This document shows, piece after piece, positions 53,971 to 62,864 of a DNA stretch of 64,000 nt. A program made the position numbers and the translations under genes. Each line of letters starts with the position of its first letter. Within the stretch, counting starts at the first letter, position 1. The stretch lies in IMG/VR virus record IMGVR_UViG_3300009431_000004. One strand, given 5' to 3'. The notes below the pieces were generated by a model that was given only the letters and a program-made list of their open reading frames with translations, had not been told where the DNA came from and made no database searches. Source of the stretch: a virus.

Positions 53971-54542
53971 GCCCTCCTATGGGCCGTGACGGCCTCGCAG
54001 AGTTCGAGGAATCGGGCCATGGAGAATCGGCCTTTCATCCAGTTGATGTCTTTGTGGACCCACTGGACGTTCCCTAAGACATACCCCTTGTCGTTGTCGA
54101 TACGATCCAAGGATGCGGACTCCGCGTTGGGGCCTCTCTCCTTGGGGGTCGTCAAGGAGAGAGGCAGCCCGGTGAGGGCGCACTTCCCCAACTGGCCCTC
54201 GAACAACTCCCATACTTGAGCCTTCGTGAGCCGGAAGGGCAGTTCCCGGTTTCGGGCATGGGCTTTGATGTGGCTCCACAACCTCCCGCTGATGCCGCCG
54301 TGGCCGGTCCAGCTCGGGTGTTCCGACCCCTTCCTGCTTTTCAAACATCCGCACGAACTTGTATGGCCGGTGATGAGATTGGACCGGACAACTCGAACGA
54401 GCTGGCCGCAGTCGCAACGGCAGGAGTAGAAGTAGGTGTACCGCCGCTTGTACGGCTCACGTCCGTCGTACCCTTCAACCACGAGCTGACCGAACCGCTC
54501 TCCTACGATGTCTGTCGGACCATGGAACGGGCGTCTTGCCAC
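53967..54542 (-). CDS. HNH-like homing endonuclease
   Basis: GERFGQLVV, CRCDCG, SSCGC, GKCALTG, SLDRIDNDKGY..GNVQWVH..IN.MK; GGAGG plus GTG start. Confidence 0.85.
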   Translation of the reverse strand: MARRPFHGPTDIVGERFGQLVVEGYDGREPYKRRYTYFYSCRCDCGQLVRVVRSNLITGHTSSCGCLKSRKGSEHPSWTGHGGISGRLWSHIKAHARNRELPFRLTKAQVWELFEGQLGKCALTGLPLSLTTPKERGPNAESASLDRIDNDKGYVLGNVQWVHKDINWMKGRFSMARFLELCEAVTAHRRA

Positions 54543-54615
54543 GCGATACTCCTCCGTAGGGGGTTGCAGTCCCCCACAGAGTATCACAGGCAGGAGCATC
54601 CCGCAAGCTCCCATT

Positions 54616-55281
54616 TCAACCAGCATCCGGGCCTCCTCCCTTCCGAGCTTCCGAAAGGTGGTAGAGCAATTCGTACTGGCAGAGCAGCAGGATTTTCAGG
54701 TTCTCGTAGGCTGCATACTGCCGGGGGAAGCGGTGTCTGGCTTCCTTAATCATGGGCATGAACCACTTTTTCAGCTCAGTGGCGTAGGCTTCCTGCTTCT
54801 CCGGGGTGAACACGCCTTGCATGGTGTGGAGGTTGTGCGCCCGGTCGCAGAGCTTGGTGATGGAAGCGATGGGACAACGAGCCAGTTCCGCGAAGTAGGA
54901 TTCGGTGGACTTGGAGGTGCCGCCGTGCTTCTTGGACATCTTCCAGACGGCGCTGGCCACTTCGTGGCCGAACTGGTCTTCGAGCATCGCTCTGGTGACG
55001 GCCTCCGCGTGGTCTTCCAGCACGTCGTGGAGGAAGGACACCGTGATGCACTCCTCGGGGAATTGCAGATGCGGCAGCAGTGTCGCTGCCAGACGCGCCA
55101 CTTGGAGCTGATGATGGAAGCGGGGCGTTTCGCCGTCCTTGCGGACCTTGCCGACTTCGAGGCGGCAGGCGAACTCCAACGCCTCAAGGGCGCAGTAGTA
55201 TTTCATCCCGTCAAGCATCCCACGCATGTACGTGAGCTGCTTCGCATGATGTCGCTCCATGTTGTCCAGCACGCTCTCCAT
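54616..55281 (-). CDS. RelA/SpoT-type HD hydrolase (Mesh1/SAH-like)
   Basis: RKDGETP..HH..QVA, LHDVLED, KLCDRAHNL. Confidence 0.85.
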   Translation of the reverse strand: MESVLDNMERHHAKQLTYMRGMLDGMKYYCALEALEFACRLEVGKVRKDGETPRFHHQLQVARLAATLLPHLQFPEECITVSFLHDVLEDHAEAVTRAMLEDQFGHEVASAVWKMSKKHGGTSKSTESYFAELARCPIASITKLCDRAHNLHTMQGVFTPEKQEAYATELKKWFMPMIKEARHRFPRQYAAYENLKILLLCQYELLYHLSEARKGGGPDAG

Positions 55282-55302
55282 ACCGAATCTCCACCTCTTA
55301 TA

Positions 55303-55331
55303 CTACTCGGTGGAGGCGGCTCTAAGCCCCC
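55303..55331 (-). promoter_or_regulatory. Recurrent phage promoter
   Basis: GGGGGCTTAG-N13-GAGTAG. Confidence 0.7.
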
Positions 55332-56521
55332 TACCGGAGCAGCGCAGTGAGAATCATGCCGGTGTTGGCCCAGTCCACGTTGTCCGGGCCGATGAGTTCC
55401 CGCACCGTGGTCATCTCGACGTAGGTCTTTTCGGTGTCTTCCGTGACCCCGTGGGTCTTGCCGGAGCCAACCTCGTCCCGGATGGTCTTCATCTCCTCGG
55501 CGGTCAGCTCGACCGTGAAGACGTGGCCGAAGTGGGAGGACAGGGTGCCGGTCACTTGACGGGCGTCCACGAACTTGAAGCGGTTGGCATCGACCTTGAG
55601 GCCCGTCTCTTCGTGCAGCTCCTCGGAGGCGACCACCAGCGCGTTTTCTCCGGGCTTCCACGAGGAGCCGCCGGGCAGCTCCCGGATGAACCCGTCGGGG
55701 GTCACTGCGGGCGACCGGAACTCGCGGACGAGGACGATGGGGGTGTCCATGAAGGCGTTGTGCGGCGCACATGCGTCGTCGTCTTCGGCACGGATGGGCT
55801 GATAGGCCACGATGGTCGAGATGTCCGGGCGGCCCAGCACGACCTCGTTGGTCTTGTGACGGTCCTCCTCCTTGATGTAGACATCGACGTGCAGCGCCCA
55901 GAAGAATACGAAGGTCTTTTCCGGCCCGACCCGGAAGGTCCAGACCACCTTGGCCCCTTCGAGCCTGTTCCCGGCCCCTTCCTGCGCCTTCAGCCACGCC
56001 TGAAAGCTCGGCGTGTTCCAGATGTAGAGGGGGACTTCGCGCTGGCCTCCGGCCCGGAGCGACCCGGCCCCGAGGGAGTTGACCACCCAGCCCAGCATCG
56101 AGGGCAGCGAGTGGAAGCTCGGGACTTTCTCCATGTCCGCGAGGTGCTGAAGGTAACGCATGGAGGGAGCATCTTCCGGGTAGCCGAGGACGCACTTGCC
56201 GGTCCCGTTCCACATCCCGAACTCGGTGTTGGTGGACAGGGCCGGGAGCTTCTCCTTGTCACGCGGAACCCAGAACACGATGAGGTCCGCCATGTTCAGG
56301 TGCTTGGCTTCCCAATCCACTTGGTCGGAGTACGTCTTGGGCCATTTCCCGTCACGCGGGATGGGGACGAAGACCACGCCGTCGTAGCCCAGTTCTTCCA
56401 GAATCTTGAGGGCTTCTGGCCGCCAGTTGGGATGGTCCTTGTCTCGCGGCGACGGCCCTGCGAGAAAGAGGCTCTTGGTCATGAATTCGGGGGCGTTCTC
56501 TTGCGAGTAAATGACGTGCAT
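55331..56521 (-). CDS. Nucleoside 2-deoxyribosyltransferase-like domain fused to an ADP-ribose pyrophosphatase-like Nudix domain
   Basis: SLFLAG..NWR, QVDWE, IVFWVPR, TNTEFG; VLVREFRSP, ELPGG..GE..VASEELHEETG. Confidence 0.83.
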   Translation of the reverse strand: MHVIYSQENAPEFMTKSLFLAGPSPRDKDHPNWRPEALKILEELGYDGVVFVPIPRDGKWPKTYSDQVDWEAKHLNMADLIVFWVPRDKEKLPALSTNTEFGMWNGTGKCVLGYPEDAPSMRYLQHLADMEKVPSFHSLPSMLGWVVNSLGAGSLRAGGQREVPLYIWNTPSFQAWLKAQEGAGNRLEGAKVVWTFRVGPEKTFVFFWALHVDVYIKEEDRHKTNEVVLGRPDISTIVAYQPIRAEDDDACAPHNAFMDTPIVLVREFRSPAVTPDGFIRELPGGSSWKPGENALVVASEELHEETGLKVDANRFKFVDARQVTGTLSSHFGHVFTVELTAEEMKTIRDEVGSGKTHGVTEDTEKTYVEMTTVRELIGPDNVDWANTGMILTALLR

Positions 56522-56542
56522 GGCATACCTCCATGCGTCACT

Positions 56543-57640
56543 TTACCCGCCCCAATCATCTTTTTCTTCCTCGAAGCGGTGTTCACGACCCCGTGCGTTT
56601 ACGATGGCCCCCATGTCCCGGTAGACAGGAGCGGTCCACTTCAGCACTTGCTTGTCGCCCTTCACCCGGTTGCCGTCTGCATCGGTGCGCGGGCCGGTCC
56701 AGTAGTTGTGCCAGTGTCCCTTGCGGAACCGCCAGTTGCCCCTCTTGGATGTCTTCGCGCCGCTGCCCTTGGGGAGTGGCTTCGTCTCGATGGCCTTGCC
56801 AATCCAGACGATGGTCGCTTCGGTGAACGCAGCGAGAGTCTTCTTGAGCTGCGCCTTGGCCCGTTCCCGCTTCTTGCCCTGCTTGTGCTTCTCCATCGCG
56901 GCCCGGTGCTTCTTGAGGGCGGCCTGACGAGCTTGCTCGTCCGGGTCGTACTTCGCCTGTTCGGCCTTGAGGCTGCTGAGGTACAGGATGAGATTGATGG
57001 CCGTTCGGACGATGGACCGGGCATCCTGCTCCGCCTGCCGGTGGTCGTCCCCGGCCAATTCCAACAAAGGGTCCGAGTTGTCCCTCTCCGGGTTTGCAAA
57101 CTGGTTCTCGCTGAACGTCTCGAAGTCCAACAGGGCCGTTCCATCCGGCGCTTTCGTCTGTGGCACCATGTCGAAGGGGATAGACATCCAGAGGGAGGCG
57201 TCATCCTCCGGGAACCGGGCCTTCTCGTTGGGCATCCCCCACGCGGCGACCATGAACTCGTCGCCCCGTTCGTAGAGGTAGAAGCCCGTGACCTTGTGCA
57301 TCCCGGTCACGCTGCCGCCGAAAATTTCCCACTTGCACTCGGGGAGGGCTACGTAGATGCAGGTGTGCGGGGACTTCAGGAAGTCGAGGGGAACCTTCGA
57401 GCAGTCGGTGTCCGCGAACATCTGTTGGAGCCGGGGACCGATGCAGTAGACCTGCTGGCCGCACTCCGCGTAGGTCAGGGAACATTGCAGGAAGACGCCA
57501 TCCGAAGGAGCCAGCAGCCGCGAGGTCTTGACCTCTTGGTTGAACAGCCGGGCATCCCCGGCAAGGGCAGTGGAGAGCGTGGTCCTCCACCGGGGGTTGA
57601 CCCCCATCATGTGGTCGTAATGTAGGACGGGTCGTTTCAT
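56543..57640 (-). CDS. phage hypothetical protein (RKGHWHNYWTG...KW..P motif)
   Basis: GGAGG RBS; promoter motif upstream. Confidence 0.7.
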   Translation of the reverse strand: MKRPVLHYDHMMGVNPRWRTTLSTALAGDARLFNQEVKTSRLLAPSDGVFLQCSLTYAECGQQVYCIGPRLQQMFADTDCSKVPLDFLKSPHTCIYVALPECKWEIFGGSVTGMHKVTGFYLYERGDEFMVAAWGMPNEKARFPEDDASLWMSIPFDMVPQTKAPDGTALLDFETFSENQFANPERDNSDPLLELAGDDHRQAEQDARSIVRTAINLILYLSSLKAEQAKYDPDEQARQAALKKHRAAMEKHKQGKKRERAKAQLKKTLAAFTEATIVWIGKAIETKPLPKGSGAKTSKRGNWRFRKGHWHNYWTGPRTDADGNRVKGDKQVLKWTAPVYRDMGAIVNARGREHRFEEEKDDWGG

Positions 57641-57656
57641 CGGACCTCCTGCCTCT

Positions 57657-57699
57657 CTACTCTTTCAGAGGGGGTCTAAGCCCCCTCTCCGGCGGGTAG
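57657..57699. promoter_or_regulatory. Overlapping divergent promoters sharing a palindrome GAGGGGG-TCTAAG-CCCCCTC
   Basis: Minus strand exact motif at 57657-57685; plus strand variant GGGGTCTAAG-N13-GGGTAG at 57671-57699. Confidence 0.6.
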
Positions 57700-57722
57700 G
57701 GTAGATGGGACAGGAGGTGCCT

Positions 57723-58439
57723 GTGAAGAAAGTCATCATCGTCGAGGGACTCATCAGCGGGGGCAAGACCACGCTGACAAAAGAGCTGGGAGCGGCGCTG
57801 GGGGACACGACCCTCATCCTCATCGAGCCGGACGAGAAGGAGGATGCCAACCCCTACCTTTCCGACTACTATGGCTCCCCGGAACGGTGGTCCTTCACGA
57901 TGCAGTGTCACCTGCTGGCCGTCCGTTACCGGATGCACCTCCACGCCCAATGGCACGCCATGGAAGGCCGGGGTCACTCGGTTCTAGACCGCTCCTACTT
58001 CGGGGACACAGCCTTTGCCCGCCTTCAGCTCGCCCTCGGGTTGATGCCTCCACGAGAATTCGACACTTACGCCCGGCTCTACCACGCCATGACGGCTACG
58101 GTCCTGCTGCCTACGGTGTGCCTGCGGGTTCTGGTGTCGCCGGAGGTGGCAGCCCAGCGCATCGTCAAGCGGCAGGAGAAGCAGACAGGCCGCAAGTGCG
58201 AGAGCGCCATCGACCTCGACTACCTGCGCGGCCTCGACCGCGAGATAGACCACATGGTCAACGTCCTGCGCCAGCAAGGCGTCACCGTGCTGGACGTGCC
58301 TTGGGACGAGGACCGGGACTCCCCTGAAACGCGCCAGTCAGCCGTTGAAGGACTGGCCTCCCGCATCAAGGGATTGGAGCCGACGGACCTGTTCCTCGAC
58401 ATGCACCGACGGGCCGTCACAACCCCCTCTGAACCATAG
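57723..58439 (+). CDS. Deoxynucleoside kinase
   Basis: VEGLISGGKTT, EP, YY..PERWSF..Q, LDRS.FGD..F, YL..L. Confidence 0.9.
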   Translation: MKKVIIVEGLISGGKTTLTKELGAALGDTTLILIEPDEKEDANPYLSDYYGSPERWSFTMQCHLLAVRYRMHLHAQWHAMEGRGHSVLDRSYFGDTAFARLQLALGLMPPREFDTYARLYHAMTATVLLPTVCLRVLVSPEVAAQRIVKRQEKQTGRKCESAIDLDYLRGLDREIDHMVNVLRQQGVTVLDVPWDEDRDSPETRQSAVEGLASRIKGLEPTDLFLDMHRRAVTTPSEP

Positions 58440-58752
58440 GGGTTTTCAACCTCCCGATTGTAGAGAATTTTCTCGGGAACTTGACAAGAATGGTACTAGA
58501 AAACCGATTCGGCGCTTTCTGGGCCGAGTCTGGCTGCAAAGTTGTCCTCTGGAAAGTTTGCCAGCCCTTAGACAAAACTTTCAGGTGATTCTTTCGCCCG
58601 CCCTAAGCTATTGACCGTATTGAGATTTCATTGGCTGATAGGTTTCAGGAAATCTGACCGCAGGGGGGTCCTCTCCAACTCCTCTGGTTTTTCGTCGAAA
58701 TGCGGAAATCAGGCCAAATCGTCCTTCGAGCAACGGGGGGGTTATCCACCCC

Positions 58753-59514
58753 TTATGGGTCAGTTGGGGGAGAAACTTCCCCGAAAGTCAGGCGGAGTTC
58801 CGCTCCATTGGCCCTTGCCAGCAGGGCTTCGAGAGTCCTCAAATCCGGCACCCCTTTGGTCAGAGAACCCCCGTCAAGACGCTCCTCTATGGCGGCCATC
58901 CGTTCCACGAGAGGGGCCAATAATCCGGTGAGTTCCTTCCTGACCAGCGCCGGGATGTCGAGGCCCATCGTCTCAAGGTCCGGCACCGCCAGAGCTGCTA
59001 CCGTGTGCAGCTCTCTGAACGTCTTGGCCGGGAGGCTGACCTTGGTCCCGAAAGCTCGCTGGGCCGCCCCGTTCACCTCGTCACGCTTGGGCATCCGGCC
59101 CTTGTGACGTTCCGTGACCAGATAGGCCAAGGCCACCTCGCGTACATCTTCAGGTGGAGCGGCCTTGCCACCACCCTCGGCAGGTCCGAGAATCCCCTCC
59201 ACCCGCATGATTCCCTCGGCCACCTTCCACACGCGGGGGACTGCGGCGAATGGGACGTTCCCGTCTTTGCAGGCTTGGGCCACGGCCCAGAATGTCGAGC
59301 GGCTCGTCATGTCCCGGAGGCAGACGGCACCCGCGCACCCGTCGGGGAGGCTCGTGAACGGAACGCTCTCCCCGTCCGTGTCCGCTACGTGCCACTCGAC
59401 GGTGAGATGGCACAGGGCCATGTTGCGGGCGAGGTTCCCGAACACGAACGACTTGGTGCCACCGACCACGAGGATTCGTTTCTTGGGCGTCACGGTTCCT
59501 CCGACAGATACCAC
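58753..59514 (-). CDS. DUF2325-like domain protein
   Basis: KRILVVGG...AVCLRDMTS...ACKDGNVPF. Confidence 0.55.
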   Translation of the reverse strand: MVSVGGTVTPKKRILVVGGTKSFVFGNLARNMALCHLTVEWHVADTDGESVPFTSLPDGCAGAVCLRDMTSRSTFWAVAQACKDGNVPFAAVPRVWKVAEGIMRVEGILGPAEGGGKAAPPEDVREVALAYLVTERHKGRMPKRDEVNGAAQRAFGTKVSLPAKTFRELHTVAALAVPDLETMGLDIPALVRKELTGLLAPLVERMAAIEERLDGGSLTKGVPDLRTLEALLARANGAELRLTFGEVSPPTDP

Positions 59515-59550
59515 TGTATCTACGCCATTTGTGACGGCAGCAGACCCACG

Positions 59551-60615
59551 TCAGCCGAAGAGGTCCGTGATTGGGTCGGGTTCCGGGTCCGCCGCCCGAG
59601 GTGGTGCGCGGCCTTCGAGCCGGGCGCGGGCCAGACTCAGGTCGGGGTCCAAGTCGAGGCCAATGTAATCCCGGCCCTCTGCCAGAGTGACATCCCCGGT
59701 CGTGGCCGTCCCGGAGAAAGGGTCGAGGATGGTGCTGCGGGCAATGCCCGCGCCGCACTGGCAGGCTGGTTCCCAGCCGACCGTCTGGTGGAGCTGCTGG
59801 GTGATGTTCTTCTGGGGTATCTCACGCCCGTCCTTGTGCCAAGGCTTGGTGGTCCGGTCGGCCCACTGGTACTCGGCCTTCCCGATGACCTCCGTGACCC
59901 GCCGTAGAGGCGTCCCACAAGTCGCACAGCAGCCTTTCTCACTCGTGCCTGCCCGGACCATCAACCGGACCAGCTCAGACGGCCACACGGCGCAATGAGC
60001 GCCCGTGTACGATTCTGTGGCCATCGTCCAAACCGACCGGCGGGCGCGAGTCGTGGGGGCGTCCCCCTTCTGGGCCTTGTCCGGCGGCGCGGCTGTCTCC
60101 CTGATGGCGAAGCCGTCGTAGTAATAGTTATCCGTCGGGGTCAGCAGGAACAGGTACTCGTGGGATGTCGCCGGGCGGTCCCCTACCGATTCCGGGATGG
60201 GGTTGGTCTTCTCCCACACGATGTCGCGGCGCAGCCACCAGCCGTCGGCCCGGAGCGCGAAAGCCGCGAGCCACGGGATGCCGGTAATATCCTTGGGCTT
60301 GAAGTGGCCCTGCTTCGGTGTCGTCCAGAAGGAGTCCCCGAGGTTGAGCCACAGGCTGCCGTCCGGGCGGAGGACCCGCTTCACCTCGCGCATGATTCTG
60401 ACGAGCCGGTTCACGTAGGCCCGAGGTGTTGGTTCGAGGCCGAGCTGCCCCTCCGCGTCGTAGTCGCGGTGGCCCCAGTATGGAGGCGACGTGGCGACCA
60501 TGTGGACCGAGGCAGGCGGGAAGGTTCGCAAGGCGGACTCCGCGTCCACCCCGTGCCAAAGGGCGGCCTTCGGGGAGCTGTTCCCGATGTCCCGGTGAAT
60601 GATGACCGGCTTCAT
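59551..60615 (-). CDS. DNA methyltransferase (N4-C/N6-A, beta class)
   Basis: TSPPYW, LWLNLGD, IVWEK.NP.PES..DR...SHEY, LDPFSG..TT. Confidence 0.92.
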   Translation of the reverse strand: MKPVIIHRDIGNSSPKAALWHGVDAESALRTFPPASVHMVATSPPYWGHRDYDAEGQLGLEPTPRAYVNRLVRIMREVKRVLRPDGSLWLNLGDSFWTTPKQGHFKPKDITGIPWLAAFALRADGWWLRRDIVWEKTNPIPESVGDRPATSHEYLFLLTPTDNYYYDGFAIRETAAPPDKAQKGDAPTTRARRSVWTMATESYTGAHCAVWPSELVRLMVRAGTSEKGCCATCGTPLRRVTEVIGKAEYQWADRTTKPWHKDGREIPQKNITQQLHQTVGWEPACQCGAGIARSTILDPFSGTATTGDVTLAEGRDYIGLDLDPDLSLARARLEGRAPPRAADPEPDPITDLFG

Positions 60616-61175
60616 GTAGTCTCGGGGTCGATGGAGTGGTGCGCCCGGCAGCGGGCGGCGTACTTGTCCCCGGCCCCCACCTCGACGAGTTCCGTTGACG
60701 GCACGAGCCGCTGGGACCGGGTGGCGTCGTCACCACAGATGGTACAGATGGCGGAGAGCTTCTTGACCTTATCCGCGAGGGCCAGTAGTTGGGGCATCGG
60801 GCCGAAGGGTTCACCCCGATAGTCGAGGTCCAGCCCCGCCACGATGACCCGGAGGCCATGGTCGTTGACGAGCTTCTCGCAGACGGCGGGCAACCCGGCC
60901 CCGAAGAATTGGGCCTCGTCGATGACCACGACCTGAGCATCCTTTTCGAGGTGGTCCAAGATGCTGAAAGGTGTCGTCTCCGGGACGCGGATGGCGTCCA
61001 GCTCCTCCCCGGAGTGGGCCTTGACCTTGCCCTCGTGATACCGGGTGTCGAGCGTGGGCTTGAACACCACCAATTCCTGCTTGGCGATGAGGACGCGGCG
61101 GGCGCGTCGCAACAGCTCCTCGGACTTGCCAGAGAACATGCAACCGCTGATGACTTCGAGGATGCCTGTCGCCAT
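60612..61175 (-). CDS. tdk: Thymidine kinase
   Basis: GCMFSGKSEEL, DTRY, IDEAQFF, AGLDLDYRGEPF, CTIC...CRAH. Confidence 0.96.
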   Translation of the reverse strand: MATGILEVISGCMFSGKSEELLRRARRVLIAKQELVVFKPTLDTRYHEGKVKAHSGEELDAIRVPETTPFSILDHLEKDAQVVVIDEAQFFGAGLPAVCEKLVNDHGLRVIVAGLDLDYRGEPFGPMPQLLALADKVKKLSAICTICGDDATRSQRLVPSTELVEVGAGDKYAARCRAHHSIDPETT

Positions 61176-61226
61176 TGTGCCTCCGAGGAAAGGTCGCTCT
61201 TATCCTACCCGGCGAAGGGCCGGAGT

Positions 61227-61685
61227 CTACTGATGAGGACAGGGAAAATTTCGGATGATGAAGCGGGAGGCAACCCGCTCGTTCGAGGGGCGTGGGTCGT
61301 GGAAATCCTCGGCCATTTGCTTGCGGATGGTCCGCACGTCCTTGGCGATGTCCGGGACGGGCCGGTCCTCGTCCACGATGTTGACCATCCATGCTCGGGC
61401 AAGCTCTCCGAGCATCTCCCCGGTCTTGGCCACCACGGTTCCGGGTTCGAGCGCCGGTATCTCCTCCGCCAGTGCCTCGACGGTCATCAGGTGTTTACGG
61501 ATGCAGTCGAGGCAGAACTTGTAGGGGTGGACGAGGTGGTCTTCGAGCAGGATGAACTGCTTGACGATTTCACGGAGGTTGAACTCGGGGTCCGTCAGAG
61601 CCGGGCGCTCCTCGGCGGTCATGAAACGTCGTGCGACCCGAGTCGCTGAGGCAGCCAGCCTTCTGCGGGTGACGTGGCGTTCCAT
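61227..61685 (-). CDS. hypothetical protein (NLREIVKQ..LLEDHL...C.DCIRKH)
   Basis: GGAGG RBS; motif recalled from large-virus proteins. Confidence 0.65.
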   Translation of the reverse strand: MERHVTRRRLAASATRVARRFMTAEERPALTDPEFNLREIVKQFILLEDHLVHPYKFCLDCIRKHLMTVEALAEEIPALEPGTVVAKTGEMLGELARAWMVNIVDEDRPVPDIAKDVRTIRKQMAEDFHDPRPSNERVASRFIIRNFPCPHQ

Positions 61686-61731
61686 TGGACCTCCAATCCC
61701 TACAGATGGACGGGATAGGCCAACTAACGCA

Positions 61732-62349
61732 TCACTTGGGGGCTTCCTTCTCGGCTTTCTTCACAGCGGCATCGTCCCCCGCCCGGACTTCGGCGGCCCC
61801 TTTGTCCACAGCGGCCAGAGCGCCCTGTTGGGTCGAGTCGAGCTGCATGTTGCCGCGCTCGGAACGGTGGCCGGTATCCTTGTCGATGCGCCGGGAGGTG
61901 AGGCCGAAGGCTCCGGGTTTGACGGACTTGACGAACTGGGGGTCCATGTGGTCGATGGCGATGTCCCACTGAAAGTCGAAGAATGCCCCGCCTTGGGCCA
62001 TGAGGGGCTTCCCGCCGACCGTGATGGCCTTCTTCTGGCGGAAGATGGTCTGCCCACTCTCCCGTTGCAGTTCGAGGTCGAGGAAGTGGAGGGGTGTCGG
62101 GAGCAGGCCGTCCGCGAAGGCGAGCCGGAACTGGATGCCCACGCGGAGGTCGCCCACGATGAGGTGGGGCTTCCGAAGGACTGCCCAGTTGTGGATGACG
62201 AGAATGAGGTCGTCTGCTTCAACGAGACGGGCGATGACCTCCTGTTCGTCATCGGACATGGGGACGTAGAGGCCCTGCGGGTTCTTGCCCCCGAGGATGT
62301 TGGTCCCGTCCCCTTTGGGTTCCAGTATCCCTTTCTTCGGCTTACTCAT
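61732..62349 (-). CDS. hypothetical protein
   Basis: Operon packing; GC3 bias. Confidence 0.65.
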   Translation of the reverse strand: MSKPKKGILEPKGDGTNILGGKNPQGLYVPMSDDEQEVIARLVEADDLILVIHNWAVLRKPHLIVGDLRVGIQFRLAFADGLLPTPLHFLDLELQRESGQTIFRQKKAITVGGKPLMAQGGAFFDFQWDIAIDHMDPQFVKSVKPGAFGLTSRRIDKDTGHRSERGNMQLDSTQQGALAAVDKGAAEVRAGDDAAVKKAEKEAPK

Positions 62350-62845
62350 TTGGACACACCTTCACATGACAAGCACGGGGGCGCTTCTTACGGACCCCCG
62401 CATAGAACATTACCCGCTGACCGACCCGAGGGATTCTACCGTCGAGCAATTCGCACCTGTGAAGGTGATAGGAGGTGCCGTCGTCCACCTTGATAAAACC
62501 GAAGCCGCGCTGGGTGTCGAGCGCCTCGACGGTCCCCTGCAACGGGATAGGGGCGATGAGACGCTTGACAGAGATGGCTCTGGGCGATGGTCCCCTGCTC
62601 GGGGCACCCTCCTCCACGACCACTTCCACGGCCTCCCCGAGTATGGGGGCCGGGGCGGTGGTGGCCCACGTACATCCTTCCTTCGGACAGGACTTGCACC
62701 GTAGGTGCATCATCCATGGGCCGCCGGGCTGAAAGCCCCCGAGATGGAAGAAGACCTCGCCCTCTTCATCTCTGGCGAAGCCATAGAGCTTGTCCGGGAT
62801 GTACTTATACACCCGCATCCGCCGTGGCGGCACGGAACCCGGCAT
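62342..62845 (-). CDS. Tandem cold-shock domain protein
   Basis: YGFA...EVFFH and RGFGFI...YHLH...GQRV.F (RNP1/RNP2 twice). Confidence 0.8.
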   Translation of the reverse strand: MPGSVPPRRMRVYKYIPDKLYGFARDEEGEVFFHLGGFQPGGPWMMHLRCKSCPKEGCTWATTAPAPILGEAVEVVVEEGAPSRGPSPRAISVKRLIAPIPLQGTVEALDTQRGFGFIKVDDGTSYHLHRCELLDGRIPRVGQRVMFYAGVRKKRPRACHVKVCPNE

Positions 62846-62864
62846 GGCCTCTCCCCGGCCCGTC

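Noticed and set aside
9981-57625. Long antisense ORFs (e.g. 9981-11621, 13682-15598, 42484-44058, 52729-54219, 55259-57625)
   Set aside because: Shadow frames of GC3-biased genes, with no motifs or RBS.
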